Assembly (NCBI GenBank): GCA_038230515.1
Contig: JBBRND010000015.1
Location: forward strand, 13,694 to 77,693
Source: Bacteroidia bacterium
GTDB taxonomy: Bacteria; Bacteroidota; Bacteroidia; AKYH767-A; 2013-40CM-41-45
Direction: 5' to 3'
DNA length: 64,000 nt
Made by a program: the position numbers and the translations under genes. Below are positions 50,709 to 60,779 of this stretch, piece by piece (position 1 is the first letter of the stretch; each line of letters starts with the position of its first letter). A model generated the notes under the pieces. It had not been told where the DNA came from. It saw nothing but the letters and a program-made list of their open reading frames with translations, and did not search any database.

Positions 50709-51998
50709 CTATAAACTCCAGTATGTAATCTCTTTCAACTTCCCTTTGTAAATTCCTTTCAGATCAACAATAAGTGCGTCTTTGCTTGTAATGGATTTGA
50801 AATATGCCTCATCAAAATTTGCATACTCATTGTGATTTACTGCAACGATAACTGCGTCATAATTTTTCCCGATATCGGGAACTAGTTCAAATCCATATTC
50901 ATGTTTAAGATGTGCACTGTCGGCTTTAGGATCGGTGACTTCAACACTTACTCCATAACTTAAAAGTTCTTTCACTACGTCAGCAACCTTTGAATTGCGT
51001 ATGTCTTCTACATTTTCTTTAAATGTAGCGCCCATCACCAACACTCTTGCTTTAGATAAATCTTTTCCTGTAGCAACAATTTTTTTTACGGTTTGCTTCG
51101 CGACATAAAATCCCATGCTGTCATTTACATAACGCCCGCTATTGATTACCTGCGCATGATAACCAAGTTCCTGAGCTTTGTAGGTCAGGTAATACGGATC
51201 AACACCAATACAATGTCCGCCAACAAGTCCCGGTTGGAAGCGCATGAAATTCCATTTTGTTCCGGCAGCGGCAAGCACATCGTATGTGTTTATTCCCATC
51301 TTGTTAAAAATGATAGAGAGTTCATTCATCAACGCAATGTTGACATCGCGCTGTGTGTTCTCAATAATTTTTGCCGCCTCTGCAACCTTGATGGATTGTG
51401 CTTTGTGAACGCCCGCCTTCACAATAATCTCGTACGTATTTGCAATTTCATTCAACGATTCTTCATCACATCCGGAAACTACTTTCAGAATTTTCGAAAT
51501 GGTATGCTCGTGATCCCCGGGATTGATGCGTTCTGGAGAGTATCCGACTTTAAAATCAGTTTTAAATTTTAATCCTGATAATTCTTCGAGAACAGGAATG
51601 CAATCTTCTTCAGTGCATCCCGGATACACTGTAGATTCATACACCACATAATCACCTTTCTTCAAAACTTTACCGATGAAACGCGTTGCTCCGAGTATCG
51701 GCTTCAAATCAGGAAGATTGTGTTCATCAATTGGAGTGGGAACAGTAACAATGTAAAAATTTGCTTCACGAAGCTTTTCTGACGATGATGTAAATTCAAT
51801 ATCGCATCCTTCAAACGCGCTTGATTCAAGTTCACCGCTTGGATCAATTTTATTTTTCATTTTCTCCACACGAGGGTCGCTGATGTCGAAACCGATTACT
51901 TTTATTTTTTTTGCAAATTCTAGAGCTATTGGCAACCCTACGTAGCCCAATCCTAATACTGCTAGTTTACTTTTCTTGTGAATTAATTCCTGGTACAT
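50709..51998 (-). CDS. UDP-N-acetyl-hexosamine 6-dehydrogenase (nucleotide-sugar dehydrogenase, WbpA/WbpO/TviB/WecC-like).
   Basis: Has the N-terminal GLGYVGLP and catalytic Cys region (GGHCIGVDP). Length is 429 aa. Confidence 0.8.
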   Translation of the reverse strand: MYQELIHKKSKLAVLGLGYVGLPIALEFAKKIKVIGFDISDPRVEKMKNKIDPSGELESSAFEGCDIEFTSSSEKLREANFYIVTVPTPIDEHNLPDLKPILGATRFIGKVLKKGDYVVYESTVYPGCTEEDCIPVLEELSGLKFKTDFKVGYSPERINPGDHEHTISKILKVVSGCDEESLNEIANTYEIIVKAGVHKAQSIKVAEAAKIIENTQRDVNIALMNELSIIFNKMGINTYDVLAAAGTKWNFMRFQPGLVGGHCIGVDPYYLTYKAQELGYHAQVINSGRYVNDSMGFYVAKQTVKKIVATGKDLSKARVLVMGATFKENVEDIRNSKVADVVKELLSYGVSVEVTDPKADSAHLKHEYGFELVPDIGKNYDAVIVAVNHNEYANFDEAYFKSITSKDALIVDLKGIYKGKLKEITYWSL

Positions 51999-52027
51999 TT
52001 TTTAAGTTATACGTTAATAGGTATCTG

Positions 52028-53089
52028 TTATTGGATAACAGTCAATTCATTTTTTATTTTTTTCAAATCGCGCAATGCATAGATGCGCTCGATGATGTCA
52101 ACCACTTTCATTCCTTCCATTGCATTGGTGGTTGCGCTGGTTCTTCCTTTCAATGTGTCAATTACATTTTCCATAATGAAATGATGATTGGCTGCTGAAC
52201 CTTTGTAAGCACCATAATCATTCGCGGGGCTGGCGGGCGCGAGCTGCGGCTTCGAATAATTTTTAATGTGACAATATTCTACTTCATTCATATACTGTCC
52301 TCCAATCTTAACGCTTCCATTTTCTCCGATGACGGTAATGCTGCTTTCCAGATTTTTATCCCAAACGGAAGTTGAATAATTCAAACTTCCCATTGCGCCA
52401 TTTGGAAAATTGAAGGAAACAAAACCTGAATCCTCGAATGACGTAAGTGAATGATGATTGAAGTCGGAAAATTTTCCTTGCAAATCGGTGATGTCGCCAA
52501 AAAGCCAGTACATAATGTCAATGAAGTGAGAGAACTGAGTAAACAATGTTCCTCCATCGAGATCAGCAGAACCCTTCCAGTTTTTTCCGTTGTAATATCT
52601 TTCATCACGGTTCCAGTAACAGTTGAGCTGAACCATGAAGATTTTTCCGAGAAGCTTTTTCTGCACTACTTCTTTTATCCAGGCAGATGGAGGAGAGTAG
52701 CGGTTCTGCATCACACAAAATACATGACGCGAAACCTGAAGCGATTTGAAAATTATTTTTTCGCAGTCAGCCACGGTCAATGCCATCGGTTTCTCAACAA
52801 CAACATGCTTTTTAGTTTCAAGTGCTTTCAGGCAATGTTCTGCATGAAGCCCGTTTGGCGTGCAAACATTCAGTACATCAAACTCAATGGATGAACGGAG
52901 TAATTCATCAATAGATTGGAAGAATGGAATATCATCATGCAAATCCAATTTTTCTCTTGGTTGAATATCGCACATGGCAACCAACTGCGCTTCGGAATTT
53001 CTGCGAATCATTTCGGCATGTCTCTTGCCGATGTGTCCGCTTCCGACCACAGCTATTTTTATGCGTTGATTATTTTCAATGACTACCAT
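52028..53089 (-). CDS. Gfo/Idh/MocA-family oxidoreductase (WbpB-like nucleotide-sugar 3-oxidase).
   Basis: Contains IAVVGSGHIGKRH and EKP motifs. It sits next to acetyltransferase and aminotransferase genes, the WbpB/E/D pathway logic. Confidence 0.7.
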   Translation of the reverse strand: MVVIENNQRIKIAVVGSGHIGKRHAEMIRRNSEAQLVAMCDIQPREKLDLHDDIPFFQSIDELLRSSIEFDVLNVCTPNGLHAEHCLKALETKKHVVVEKPMALTVADCEKIIFKSLQVSRHVFCVMQNRYSPPSAWIKEVVQKKLLGKIFMVQLNCYWNRDERYYNGKNWKGSADLDGGTLFTQFSHFIDIMYWLFGDITDLQGKFSDFNHHSLTSFEDSGFVSFNFPNGAMGSLNYSTSVWDKNLESSITVIGENGSVKIGGQYMNEVEYCHIKNYSKPQLAPASPANDYGAYKGSAANHHFIMENVIDTLKGRTSATTNAMEGMKVVDIIERIYALRDLKKIKNELTVIQ

Positions 53090-53149
53090 GTTATACAGTT
53101 CGCAGAAATACAGATTGAGTTTTTCATTCTACAATCTACAATTTAAATT

Positions 53150-53734
53150 TTACAATATTCTTGTCACTTTTTTTCCTTCCAGTTTATACTCCTGTTTACT
53201 TTCAGGGCAAACTGCAATTCCGTTCGCATCAAACTTTAAACGATGCCCGTACTCACTCATCCATCCGGTTTGCTTTGCAGGATTTCCAACAACTAATGCA
53301 AATGGCGGAACATCTTTTGTAACCACTGCTCCTGCACCGATAAAAGCATATTCACCAATAGTATGCCCGCAAACAACTGTTGCATTCGCTCCAATGGTTG
53401 CACCTTTTTTTATCAACGTTCTTAAATATTGCCCTTTACGGATCACAGCACTCCGCGGATTATTGATATTTGTAAAAACCATTGAAGGACCTAGAAACAC
53501 ATCGTCTTCACATACCACACCGGTGTAAATGCTCACATTGTTTTGCACTTTCACGTTGCGACCAAGTTTTACTTCAGGAGAAATCACTACGTTCTGTCCG
53601 ATGTTACAATCATCTCCAAGTTCGCAACCACTCATGATGTGAGTGAAGTGCCACACCTTCGTGCCTTTACCGATTTTGGCTCCCTGATCAATCACGGCAG
53701 TTTTATCAGCAGAGTATTCTTTATTGATTTCCAT
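53150..53734 (-). CDS. Hexapeptide-repeat N-acetyltransferase (WbpD-like).
   Basis: Left-handed beta-helix repeats are visible throughout ([LIV]G..xxI). Length is 194 aa. Confidence 0.75.
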   Translation of the reverse strand: MEINKEYSADKTAVIDQGAKIGKGTKVWHFTHIMSGCELGDDCNIGQNVVISPEVKLGRNVKVQNNVSIYTGVVCEDDVFLGPSMVFTNINNPRSAVIRKGQYLRTLIKKGATIGANATVVCGHTIGEYAFIGAGAVVTKDVPPFALVVGNPAKQTGWMSEYGHRLKFDANGIAVCPESKQEYKLEGKKVTRIL

Positions 53735-53736
53735 TT

Positions 53737-54699
53737 TTACAAGTGAGTTGATTTGTAGAGTTCTTCTTTTGGCAGATTCCTGAAATATTCAAGCGTGGTT
53801 TTCAATCCTTCCGCGCGTGAAATTTTAGGTTCCCATCCTAGAATTTTTTTCGCCCGAGTAATATCGGGCTGCCGTTGCTTAGGATCATCCTGTGGCAACG
53901 GTTTGTAAATTATTTTTTGAGAAGTACCTGTGAGTTTGATAATTTCTTCAGCAAATTCTCTAATAGTTATTTCATCCGGATTACCGATGTTCATCGGCAT
54001 GTGATAATCGCTCAACAGCAAACGATAAATTCCTTCTACCAAATCATCCACAAAACAAAATGAGCGTGTCTGACTTCCATCTCCGAAAACAGTTAAGTCC
54101 TCTCCACGCAATGCTTGCCCTATAAAGGCAGGCAACGCGCGACCATCGTTTAATCTCATACGTGGACCATACGTATTAAAGATACGTATGATGCGTGTTT
54201 CAATTCCATGCACGTTGTGATACGCCATTGTCATCGCTTCCTGAAAACGTTTTGCTTCATCGTAAACTCCTCGCGGTCCAACAGGATTTACATTTCCCCA
54301 GTAGTCCTCATTTTGAGGATGCACCTGTGGATCGCCATACACTTCACTTGTGGAAGCAACAAGGATGCGTGCTTTTTTTGCGACAGCAAGTCCAAGAAGA
54401 TTGTGTGTGCCAAGAGACCCCACTTTCAAAGTCGGAATCGGAATTTTTAAATAATCAATAGGGCTGGCGGGTGATGCGAAATGAAGAATGTAATCAAGAT
54501 GCCCCGGTACGTTTACAAATTTTGAAACATCATGATGATAGAATTCAAACTCTTTAAGTTTGAAAAGATGTTCGATATTTTTCATTGAACCAGTGATGAG
54601 GTTATCCATACCGATCACTTGATAACCTGCATTGATAAAACGATCGCACAAATTTGATCCGAGAAAACCTGCAGCGCCTGTAATTAAAATTCGTTTCAT
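53737..54699 (-). CDS. UDP-glucuronate decarboxylase (UDP-xylose synthase).
   Basis: Contains [23 protein letters not shown] and YDEAKR. Length is 320 aa. Confidence 0.8.
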   Translation of the reverse strand: MKRILITGAAGFLGSNLCDRFINAGYQVIGMDNLITGSMKNIEHLFKLKEFEFYHHDVSKFVNVPGHLDYILHFASPASPIDYLKIPIPTLKVGSLGTHNLLGLAVAKKARILVASTSEVYGDPQVHPQNEDYWGNVNPVGPRGVYDEAKRFQEAMTMAYHNVHGIETRIIRIFNTYGPRMRLNDGRALPAFIGQALRGEDLTVFGDGSQTRSFCFVDDLVEGIYRLLLSDYHMPMNIGNPDEITIREFAEEIIKLTGTSQKIIYKPLPQDDPKQRQPDITRAKKILGWEPKISRAEGLKTTLEYFRNLPKEELYKSTHL

Positions 54700-54707
54700 A
54701 GTTTTCC

Positions 54708-56018
54708 TTATCCGATTACTGCGCGACCGACACTGTTGTAATAAAAGCCAAGTTCTTTCATCTGATTGAGATCATATAAATTTCTTCCATCAAAGATTAC
54801 AGGTTGTTTCATCAGCGATTTCATTTTTTCAAATTCAGGTGTGCGGAATAAGCTCCACTCTGTGGCGATTATGAGTGCATCTGCATCTTTCAGGATTTCA
54901 TACTCGTCTTTTCCATACTGAATTTTATCTCCGACAATTAGTTTAATATTTTTTATCGCTTCCGGATCGAAGACAGAAACAATTGCTCCGTGATTCAATA
55001 GATCTTCAATGATATACAGAGCAGGAGCTTCGCGAATATCATCTGTGTCCGGTTTAAATGCCAATCCCCATAAAGCAATTTTTTTTCCTTTCAGATCACC
55101 GCCAAAATATTTTTTGAGTTTCTCGACAATGCTTCGCTTTTGTTTTTCGTTTACCTCCATCACACTTTTTAGTGTGGTGAAATCGTACTTGTAATCTTTC
55201 GAAGTTTTTACAAGTGCCTGCACATCTTTCGGGAAACAACTTCCGCCATACCCGATTCCAGCAAACAAAAATCTTTTTCCGATTCGCGCATCCGACCCGA
55301 TTCCTATTCTCACGCTGTCAACATTTGCTCCGGTGAGTTCACAAAGATTTGCAATCTCATTCATGAAGGTAATTTTCATCGCAAGAAATGAATTGGCAGC
55401 GTACTTGGTAAGTTCGCTCGAACGTTCATCCATAAAGTAAACCGGATTACCCGAACGAACGAACGGAGCATACAATTCATTCATCATTTTTTTTGCACGC
55501 TCAGATGTTGTGCCAATCACCACGCGATCAGGTTTCATAAAATCATCCACTGCAAATCCTTCGCGAAGAAATTCGGGATTACTCACTACATCAAATTCTA
55601 TTTTGCAGTTCTTCGCAATCGCAGCATGAACTTTTTCTGCCGTGCCAACAGGAACGGTACTCTTATTTACAATGATTTTGTAATCGGTGAGAAGATGACC
55701 TAGTTGATCAGCAACCTGTAGAATATATTTCAGATCAGCAGAACCGTCCTCGCCTGGAGGGGTTGGCAGTGCAAGAAAAATAATTTTTGCATCTGTGATT
55801 CCTTCAGCAAGATTGGTGGTAAATGTTAATCGTCCTTGCTTGATGTTGCGGTCAAAAAGTAAATCAAGATGTGGTTCGTAGATGGGAACCTCACCGCGCT
55901 TCAACTGGGCTACTTTGTCTTCATTAATGTCAACACAGGTAACATGGTTTCCTGTTTCAGCAAAACAGGTTCCGGTTACTAATCCTACATAACCCGTTCC
56001 AACAACTGCTATTTTCAT
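54708..56018 (-). CDS. ugd: UDP-glucose 6-dehydrogenase.
   Basis: Contains [14 protein letters not shown] and GGSCFPKD. Length is 436 aa. Confidence 0.85.
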   Translation of the reverse strand: MKIAVVGTGYVGLVTGTCFAETGNHVTCVDINEDKVAQLKRGEVPIYEPHLDLLFDRNIKQGRLTFTTNLAEGITDAKIIFLALPTPPGEDGSADLKYILQVADQLGHLLTDYKIIVNKSTVPVGTAEKVHAAIAKNCKIEFDVVSNPEFLREGFAVDDFMKPDRVVIGTTSERAKKMMNELYAPFVRSGNPVYFMDERSSELTKYAANSFLAMKITFMNEIANLCELTGANVDSVRIGIGSDARIGKRFLFAGIGYGGSCFPKDVQALVKTSKDYKYDFTTLKSVMEVNEKQKRSIVEKLKKYFGGDLKGKKIALWGLAFKPDTDDIREAPALYIIEDLLNHGAIVSVFDPEAIKNIKLIVGDKIQYGKDEYEILKDADALIIATEWSLFRTPEFEKMKSLMKQPVIFDGRNLYDLNQMKELGFYYNSVGRAVIG

Positions 56019-56084
56019 AAATATGATTTGAAGATTTGTTGGTTTGGAAATTTGAAGATGCTATTTGTGTTCATCTTCAAATTA

Positions 56085-57233
56085 TCAAACTTTCAAATCA
56101 GCTAATTGAGTTAATGATTCAAGAACCGATTCAGTAATGTATTTCAATGTTTCTTCTTTCATCTCCGTGTGTATCGGTAGTGAAATTACGGTTGCACAAA
56201 GATGTTCGGTTACCGGAAAATCTCCCTGCTTGTACCGCGCATCGCGATATGCTTTCTGCATGTGAAGCGGCACCGGATAATAAATCATGGAAGGAATTTC
56301 CTTTGACGCAAGATGCTCGCGCAGTTTATTCCTGTCAGCATCTTTCAACACCAACGTATATTGATGAAACACATGCTCTGAGTTTTTTGTTCGTGCCGGA
56401 GTTATAATCTTTGGATTGTTTGCAAATGCGTTGTCATAATAATCAGCAACACTTCTTCTTGCTGCTGCATATTCATCAAGATGTTTCAGTTTGATGCGAA
56501 GTATTGCTGCCTGTATGCTGTCCAATCTTGAATTGACTCCGATTTCATCATGATAATATAAAACACTTTGACCATGATTGGCAACCATGCGCATCTTCTT
56601 TGCGAGGTCATCATCATTAGTAAAGATTGCTCCGCCATCTCCATAACATCCTAGGTTTTTTGAAGGGAAGAAAGAAGTACAGCCAATTGTGCCGATGGTT
56701 CCTGCTTTCTTTTTGTTTCCGTCTTTCAGAAAATAATCTGCACCGATTGCCTGCGCTACGTCTTCAATCACAAAAAGATTGTTGCGTTTTGCAATGTCCA
56801 TCATCGCATCCATATCAGCACATTGTCCGAAGAGATGGACGGGAACAATTGCTTTAGTTTTCGGAGTAATAGCGCGCTCCACCGCTTTCGGATCAATCAG
56901 AAAAGTATCCGGAAGCACATCTACCAAAACGGGTTTCAGTTGGAGCAATGCAATAACCTCTGCAGTTGCTACATAAGTGAAGGATGCAGTAATTACTTCA
57001 TCGCCCGGCTTCAAACCGAGCGCCATCATGGCAATCTGCAACGCATCCGTGCCGTTTGCACACGGTATTACATGCTTTACGCCAAGGTATTTTTCAAGTT
57101 CCTGCTGAAATGACTTTACCTCCGGTCCATTGATGTAAGCCGATGAACGCACCACATCCAACACCGCCTTGTCAATCTCCGGCTGTATTTTTTCGTACTG
57201 ACCAATGAGGTCCACCATCTGAATTTTTGCCAT
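56085..57233 (-). CDS. DegT/DnrJ/EryC1/StrS-family aminotransferase (WbpE-like).
   Basis: Has the PLP-enzyme fold with ANGTDALQIAM and an FxxxK lysine (FFPSKNLG). Confidence 0.85.
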   Translation of the reverse strand: MAKIQMVDLIGQYEKIQPEIDKAVLDVVRSSAYINGPEVKSFQQELEKYLGVKHVIPCANGTDALQIAMMALGLKPGDEVITASFTYVATAEVIALLQLKPVLVDVLPDTFLIDPKAVERAITPKTKAIVPVHLFGQCADMDAMMDIAKRNNLFVIEDVAQAIGADYFLKDGNKKKAGTIGTIGCTSFFPSKNLGCYGDGGAIFTNDDDLAKKMRMVANHGQSVLYYHDEIGVNSRLDSIQAAILRIKLKHLDEYAAARRSVADYYDNAFANNPKIITPARTKNSEHVFHQYTLVLKDADRNKLREHLASKEIPSMIYYPVPLHMQKAYRDARYKQGDFPVTEHLCATVISLPIHTEMKEETLKYITESVLESLTQLADLKV

Positions 57234-57340
57234 AATTCTTTAAAAAAAGAACGCGAAGATAGCGAAGTTATTCGTTATGGCTTATTCATTATCGCAATTC
57301 AATTTGTCAAATCAAACTAACTTGCGCGCAAAATATCATC

Positions 57341-58300
57341 ATGAAAAAAATCGCATTTCTCATTCTTGTTTTTGTTTCCTGCAATTCTTCTCCTGAAAAA
57401 AAAGCAGAAGCAAAAATTCCCGTTGTTGCATTTCTTGATCTGTTACAAGATGAAACATTGGCTCAGGCAAAAAAGGGGTTTTTCGTTGCGCTGAACGACA
57501 GCGGTTTTAAAGAAGCCGATTCAACCCTGCACATCATCTACCGCAATGCGCAGGGCGACCAACCCACGCTTCTGCAGGCATGCGATTATCTGATTTCGCA
57601 AAAACCTGATTTGATTGCAACCAACCCCACGCTTTCAACCATCACTGCAGTTCAACGCACAAAAGATATTCCTGTCTTCATGATGGTTTCTCCGCGACCT
57701 GATCTTGCAAAACTAACCGATGCAAAAGGCAGCGCCCCGCAAAATCTTTATGGCACGTATGAAACACTTGAATACATTGACACTTCAGTAATGCTGATCA
57801 AATCCATTCTTCCCGGTGCAAAAAAAATCGGAACCATCTATAACCAATCCGAGCCGCAAAGTGTGGATGCATTGAACCGGATTGAAAGCGAATGTTCAAA
57901 GCTTGGTTTAACGTTGGAAAAACTTCCTGTCAATAATTCGAATGAAGCGCAGTTGGTTGTTCAGGCATTATTGCGAAAAAAGATTGATGCCTTTTTCGCC
58001 TTGCCCGACAACACCGTTTTTTCTTCCATGGAAGTAATCGTAAAAAGCTGTGATGATTCTAAAGTTCCCGTATTCACCAGCGAGGAAGGATTGGTGAAGC
58101 GCGGAGCAGTTGCCGCTTTCGGTGCCGACATGTATCAATGGGGCTATCAAAGCGGGGCGCAGGCGGCTACCTTTCTGAAAAACAAATCAACCCAAGGATT
58201 GCAGCCGGAAATGGTGAGAGTGAGGAGAAGAGTTTGTAATGAGAAGAAAGCAAAACAGTATGGATTGAAGTTTAATGAAACGTTTGTAGAGGTGAAGTAG
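57341..58300 (+). CDS. ABC transporter substrate-binding lipoprotein (PF04392-like ABC_sub_bind family).
   Basis: Has a lipoprotein signal (LILVFVSC). Shows the family pattern VVAFLDLLQDETLAQAKKGF...NAQGD...DLIATNPT. The cognate permease and ATPase lie downstream at 60780-62431. Confidence 0.65.
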   Translation: MKKIAFLILVFVSCNSSPEKKAEAKIPVVAFLDLLQDETLAQAKKGFFVALNDSGFKEADSTLHIIYRNAQGDQPTLLQACDYLISQKPDLIATNPTLSTITAVQRTKDIPVFMMVSPRPDLAKLTDAKGSAPQNLYGTYETLEYIDTSVMLIKSILPGAKKIGTIYNQSEPQSVDALNRIESECSKLGLTLEKLPVNNSNEAQLVVQALLRKKIDAFFALPDNTVFSSMEVIVKSCDDSKVPVFTSEEGLVKRGAVAAFGADMYQWGYQSGAQAATFLKNKSTQGLQPEMVRVRRRVCNEKKAKQYGLKFNETFVEVK

Positions 58301-58384
58301 AAAATTTTCTGCATCCCTCGCCCTCGCGCAATAAAAAAGTTCCGGAACCGCTTCGGGGTTAGTTTCAGTTTAACTTCGCTATCT

Positions 58385-60046
58385 TTGATGCATAGTACGA
58401 ACCCCATGCGCCTTAAGTATCTTTTTGCATTGCTCATTATTTTTTCGGGAGAGGCGAGAGCGCAGGCGCCAACTATCGAGTGGCAAACTTGTCTCGGTGG
58501 CACCCAGACAGAAGGATTTTTGACCTTCATAAATGGTTTGCAACAAACAATTGATGGAGGATATATAATTGGCTCTAGAACTAATTCCAATGATGGGAAT
58601 GTCTCCGGAAATCATGGAGGAAATTGCGGAGCGGCTTGTAATGATGGATGGGTAGTAAAATTGGATAGTGGAGGGATTATCCAATGGCAAAAATGCTTAG
58701 GTGGAACAAGCGAAGATGTCTTCTCAGCAATTCATGAGACTTTTGATGGTGGCATTATTGTCGCTGGTCAAACAAATTCAAATGATGGAGATGTAAGTGG
58801 TTTGCATTCCGGAACAGGAGGTGATTTTTGGGTTTGTAAATTGGGCAACGTTGGTAATTTACAATGGCAAAAATGTCTTGGTGGTACTGATGACGACTTT
58901 GCATTATCTATTGTCTTATCTCCAGATAGTGGATATCTAATAGCTGGTCAAACAAGCTCAAATGATGGTGATGTAAGTGGAAACCCATTTCCGGGTTCTC
59001 CATTTGCATGGATAACAAGACTTAATGGCAGTGGCAACGTTATATGGCAAAAATGTTTGCCAAATACTTATAATCCAGGAAATGTTTCTGCAACGCATAC
59101 AATTGATGGAGGTTATATAGTAGCATGCACCGGTGGAGGTTTATTGTATCACAACAACTCAAAAGAATACTGTATGTCAAAAGTGGACAGCATGGGAAAT
59201 TTGCAATGGCAAAAATTTTATGGCGGAAATGATAATGATCAACCTAATTGTATCCGGCAAACTCGTGACGGAGGTTTTGTTATGGCGGGTTACACCGATT
59301 CGCACGATGGAGATGTAACTTTTAACCATCGCGATACCACTCTTGGAAGTTTACTTTGGCATGATGAATACTGGATAATAAAAACTGACAGCTCGGGTAA
59401 TTTGCAGTTTCAGAAATCATTAGGAGGTAACTGGAATGACATAGCATATTCAATTGAACAATGTCTGGATGGGGGATACATAATTTCTGGTCAAGCGATG
59501 TCAAATGATGGTGATATTAACAATGGTCTTCATGGGGGAGGAACCTTCGGTGGTCCAGGAGATTGTTGGATTGTAAAATTAGATTCTGCTTTCGGCTTGC
59601 AATGGCAGAAATGTTTTGGTGGTTTTGGCGATGATATTGGCGAAGTAATAAGTCAAACTAGTGATCAAGGGTTTATTCTTAAATCATCCTCATTCTCAAA
59701 TGATGGAGATGTGAGTGGTAATCATGGAAATGGAGACATCTGGATTGTTAAGCTTTCTCCCTCCTCTACAGGATTAACAACTATCAATAACCCAATAACA
59801 GATTTCACCGCTTGCCTAAACAGAACCAATAGAAGTTTAGATTTAAACTTTTACGCCAACGGCAACGAGCATACACAAGTACAACTCTTAGATATAACCG
59901 GCAGAGTGCTGCTCTCGCAACCCCTTGCAGTAACAGCGGGTTTTAATAAACAAGAAGTGCAGGCAGGTCAGCTTGCTGGCGGGGTGTATGTGGTAAGGTT
60001 GGTAACAGAGGGCGGGAGTGTGGTAAAGAAGTTAATTAAGAATTAG
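58385..60046 (+). CDS. Secreted SBBP (beta-propeller)-repeat protein with a T9SS C-terminal sorting domain.
   Basis: Has a signal peptide and about eight repeats of roughly 47 aa (WQKCLGGT..D....DGGYIIAGQT.SNDGDVSGNHG..D.W). The C-terminus is a typical CTD (GRVLLSQPL...AGGVYVVRLVTEGGSVVKKLIKN). Confidence 0.7.
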   Translation: MMHSTNPMRLKYLFALLIIFSGEARAQAPTIEWQTCLGGTQTEGFLTFINGLQQTIDGGYIIGSRTNSNDGNVSGNHGGNCGAACNDGWVVKLDSGGIIQWQKCLGGTSEDVFSAIHETFDGGIIVAGQTNSNDGDVSGLHSGTGGDFWVCKLGNVGNLQWQKCLGGTDDDFALSIVLSPDSGYLIAGQTSSNDGDVSGNPFPGSPFAWITRLNGSGNVIWQKCLPNTYNPGNVSATHTIDGGYIVACTGGGLLYHNNSKEYCMSKVDSMGNLQWQKFYGGNDNDQPNCIRQTRDGGFVMAGYTDSHDGDVTFNHRDTTLGSLLWHDEYWIIKTDSSGNLQFQKSLGGNWNDIAYSIEQCLDGGYIISGQAMSNDGDINNGLHGGGTFGGPGDCWIVKLDSAFGLQWQKCFGGFGDDIGEVISQTSDQGFILKSSSFSNDGDVSGNHGNGDIWIVKLSPSSTGLTTINNPITDFTACLNRTNRSLDLNFYANGNEHTQVQLLDITGRVLLSQPLAVTAGFNKQEVQAGQLAGGVYVVRLVTEGGSVVKKLIKN

Positions 60047-60245
60047 AAATGTTGGCAGCTGTTTCTAAAGCCGGGTGAGCGCGCACAGGCAAACGCGCAA
60101 CACCTGTTGGCACGAAAATCTTCCTTTTATTTGAAACCTAGCAGCGGCTGTGCGAGCTTCCTAACGGAAGGTAGGCAAAACGTCATTTTTTCTTACAACC
60201 TTCGAAATTTGCGAATTTACCTGTAAATCCCGCGATTGATTTTAG

Positions 60246-60655
60246 TTCTCCCGCCATTGTTAGCGACTAAACCACGACTGTTCCCGACCAAACCACGATT
60301 GCTACCTGCAAAACCACGACCGTTGTCGACTAAACCACGACTGTTCCCGACCAAACCACGATTGCTACCTGCAAAACCACGACCGTTGTCGACTAAACCA
60401 CGACTGTTTCCGACCAAACCACGATTGCTACCTGCAAAACCACGACCGTTGTCGACTAAACCACGACTGTTCCCGACCAAACCACGATTGCTATCTGCAA
60501 AACCACGACTGTTGTCGACTAAACCACGATTGTTCCCGACCAAACCACGATTGCTATCTGCAAAACCACGACTGTTGCCGACCAAACATGAATTGTTGGC
60601 GATAAAACATGGAATGTTGACGATCAAACAACGAGTGATTTTTATTAATCCGCAA
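60246..60655. repeat. Tandem array C: about 19 phased 21-bp units with a 63-bp super-period (ctaaaccacgactgttcccga / ccaaaccacgattgctacctg / caaaaccacgaccgttgtcga), degenerating at the 3' end.
   Basis: Direct reading gives units at 60267, 60288, 60309, 60330 and onward. All frames on both strands are open, so the ORFs 60236..60724 and 60217..60627 are repeat artefacts. Confidence 0.9.
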
Positions 60656-60779
60656 TTGTTCCCAGGGGCTTCAGTTGGTTTGTGCGTAGTTATGCATAAC
60701 TCAACTGACGTTTCAATTCTTTAAACTTTTCCCGCATTCACATTCGAACTAATTTCGCTCATCATTTTTCTCAATCAAC

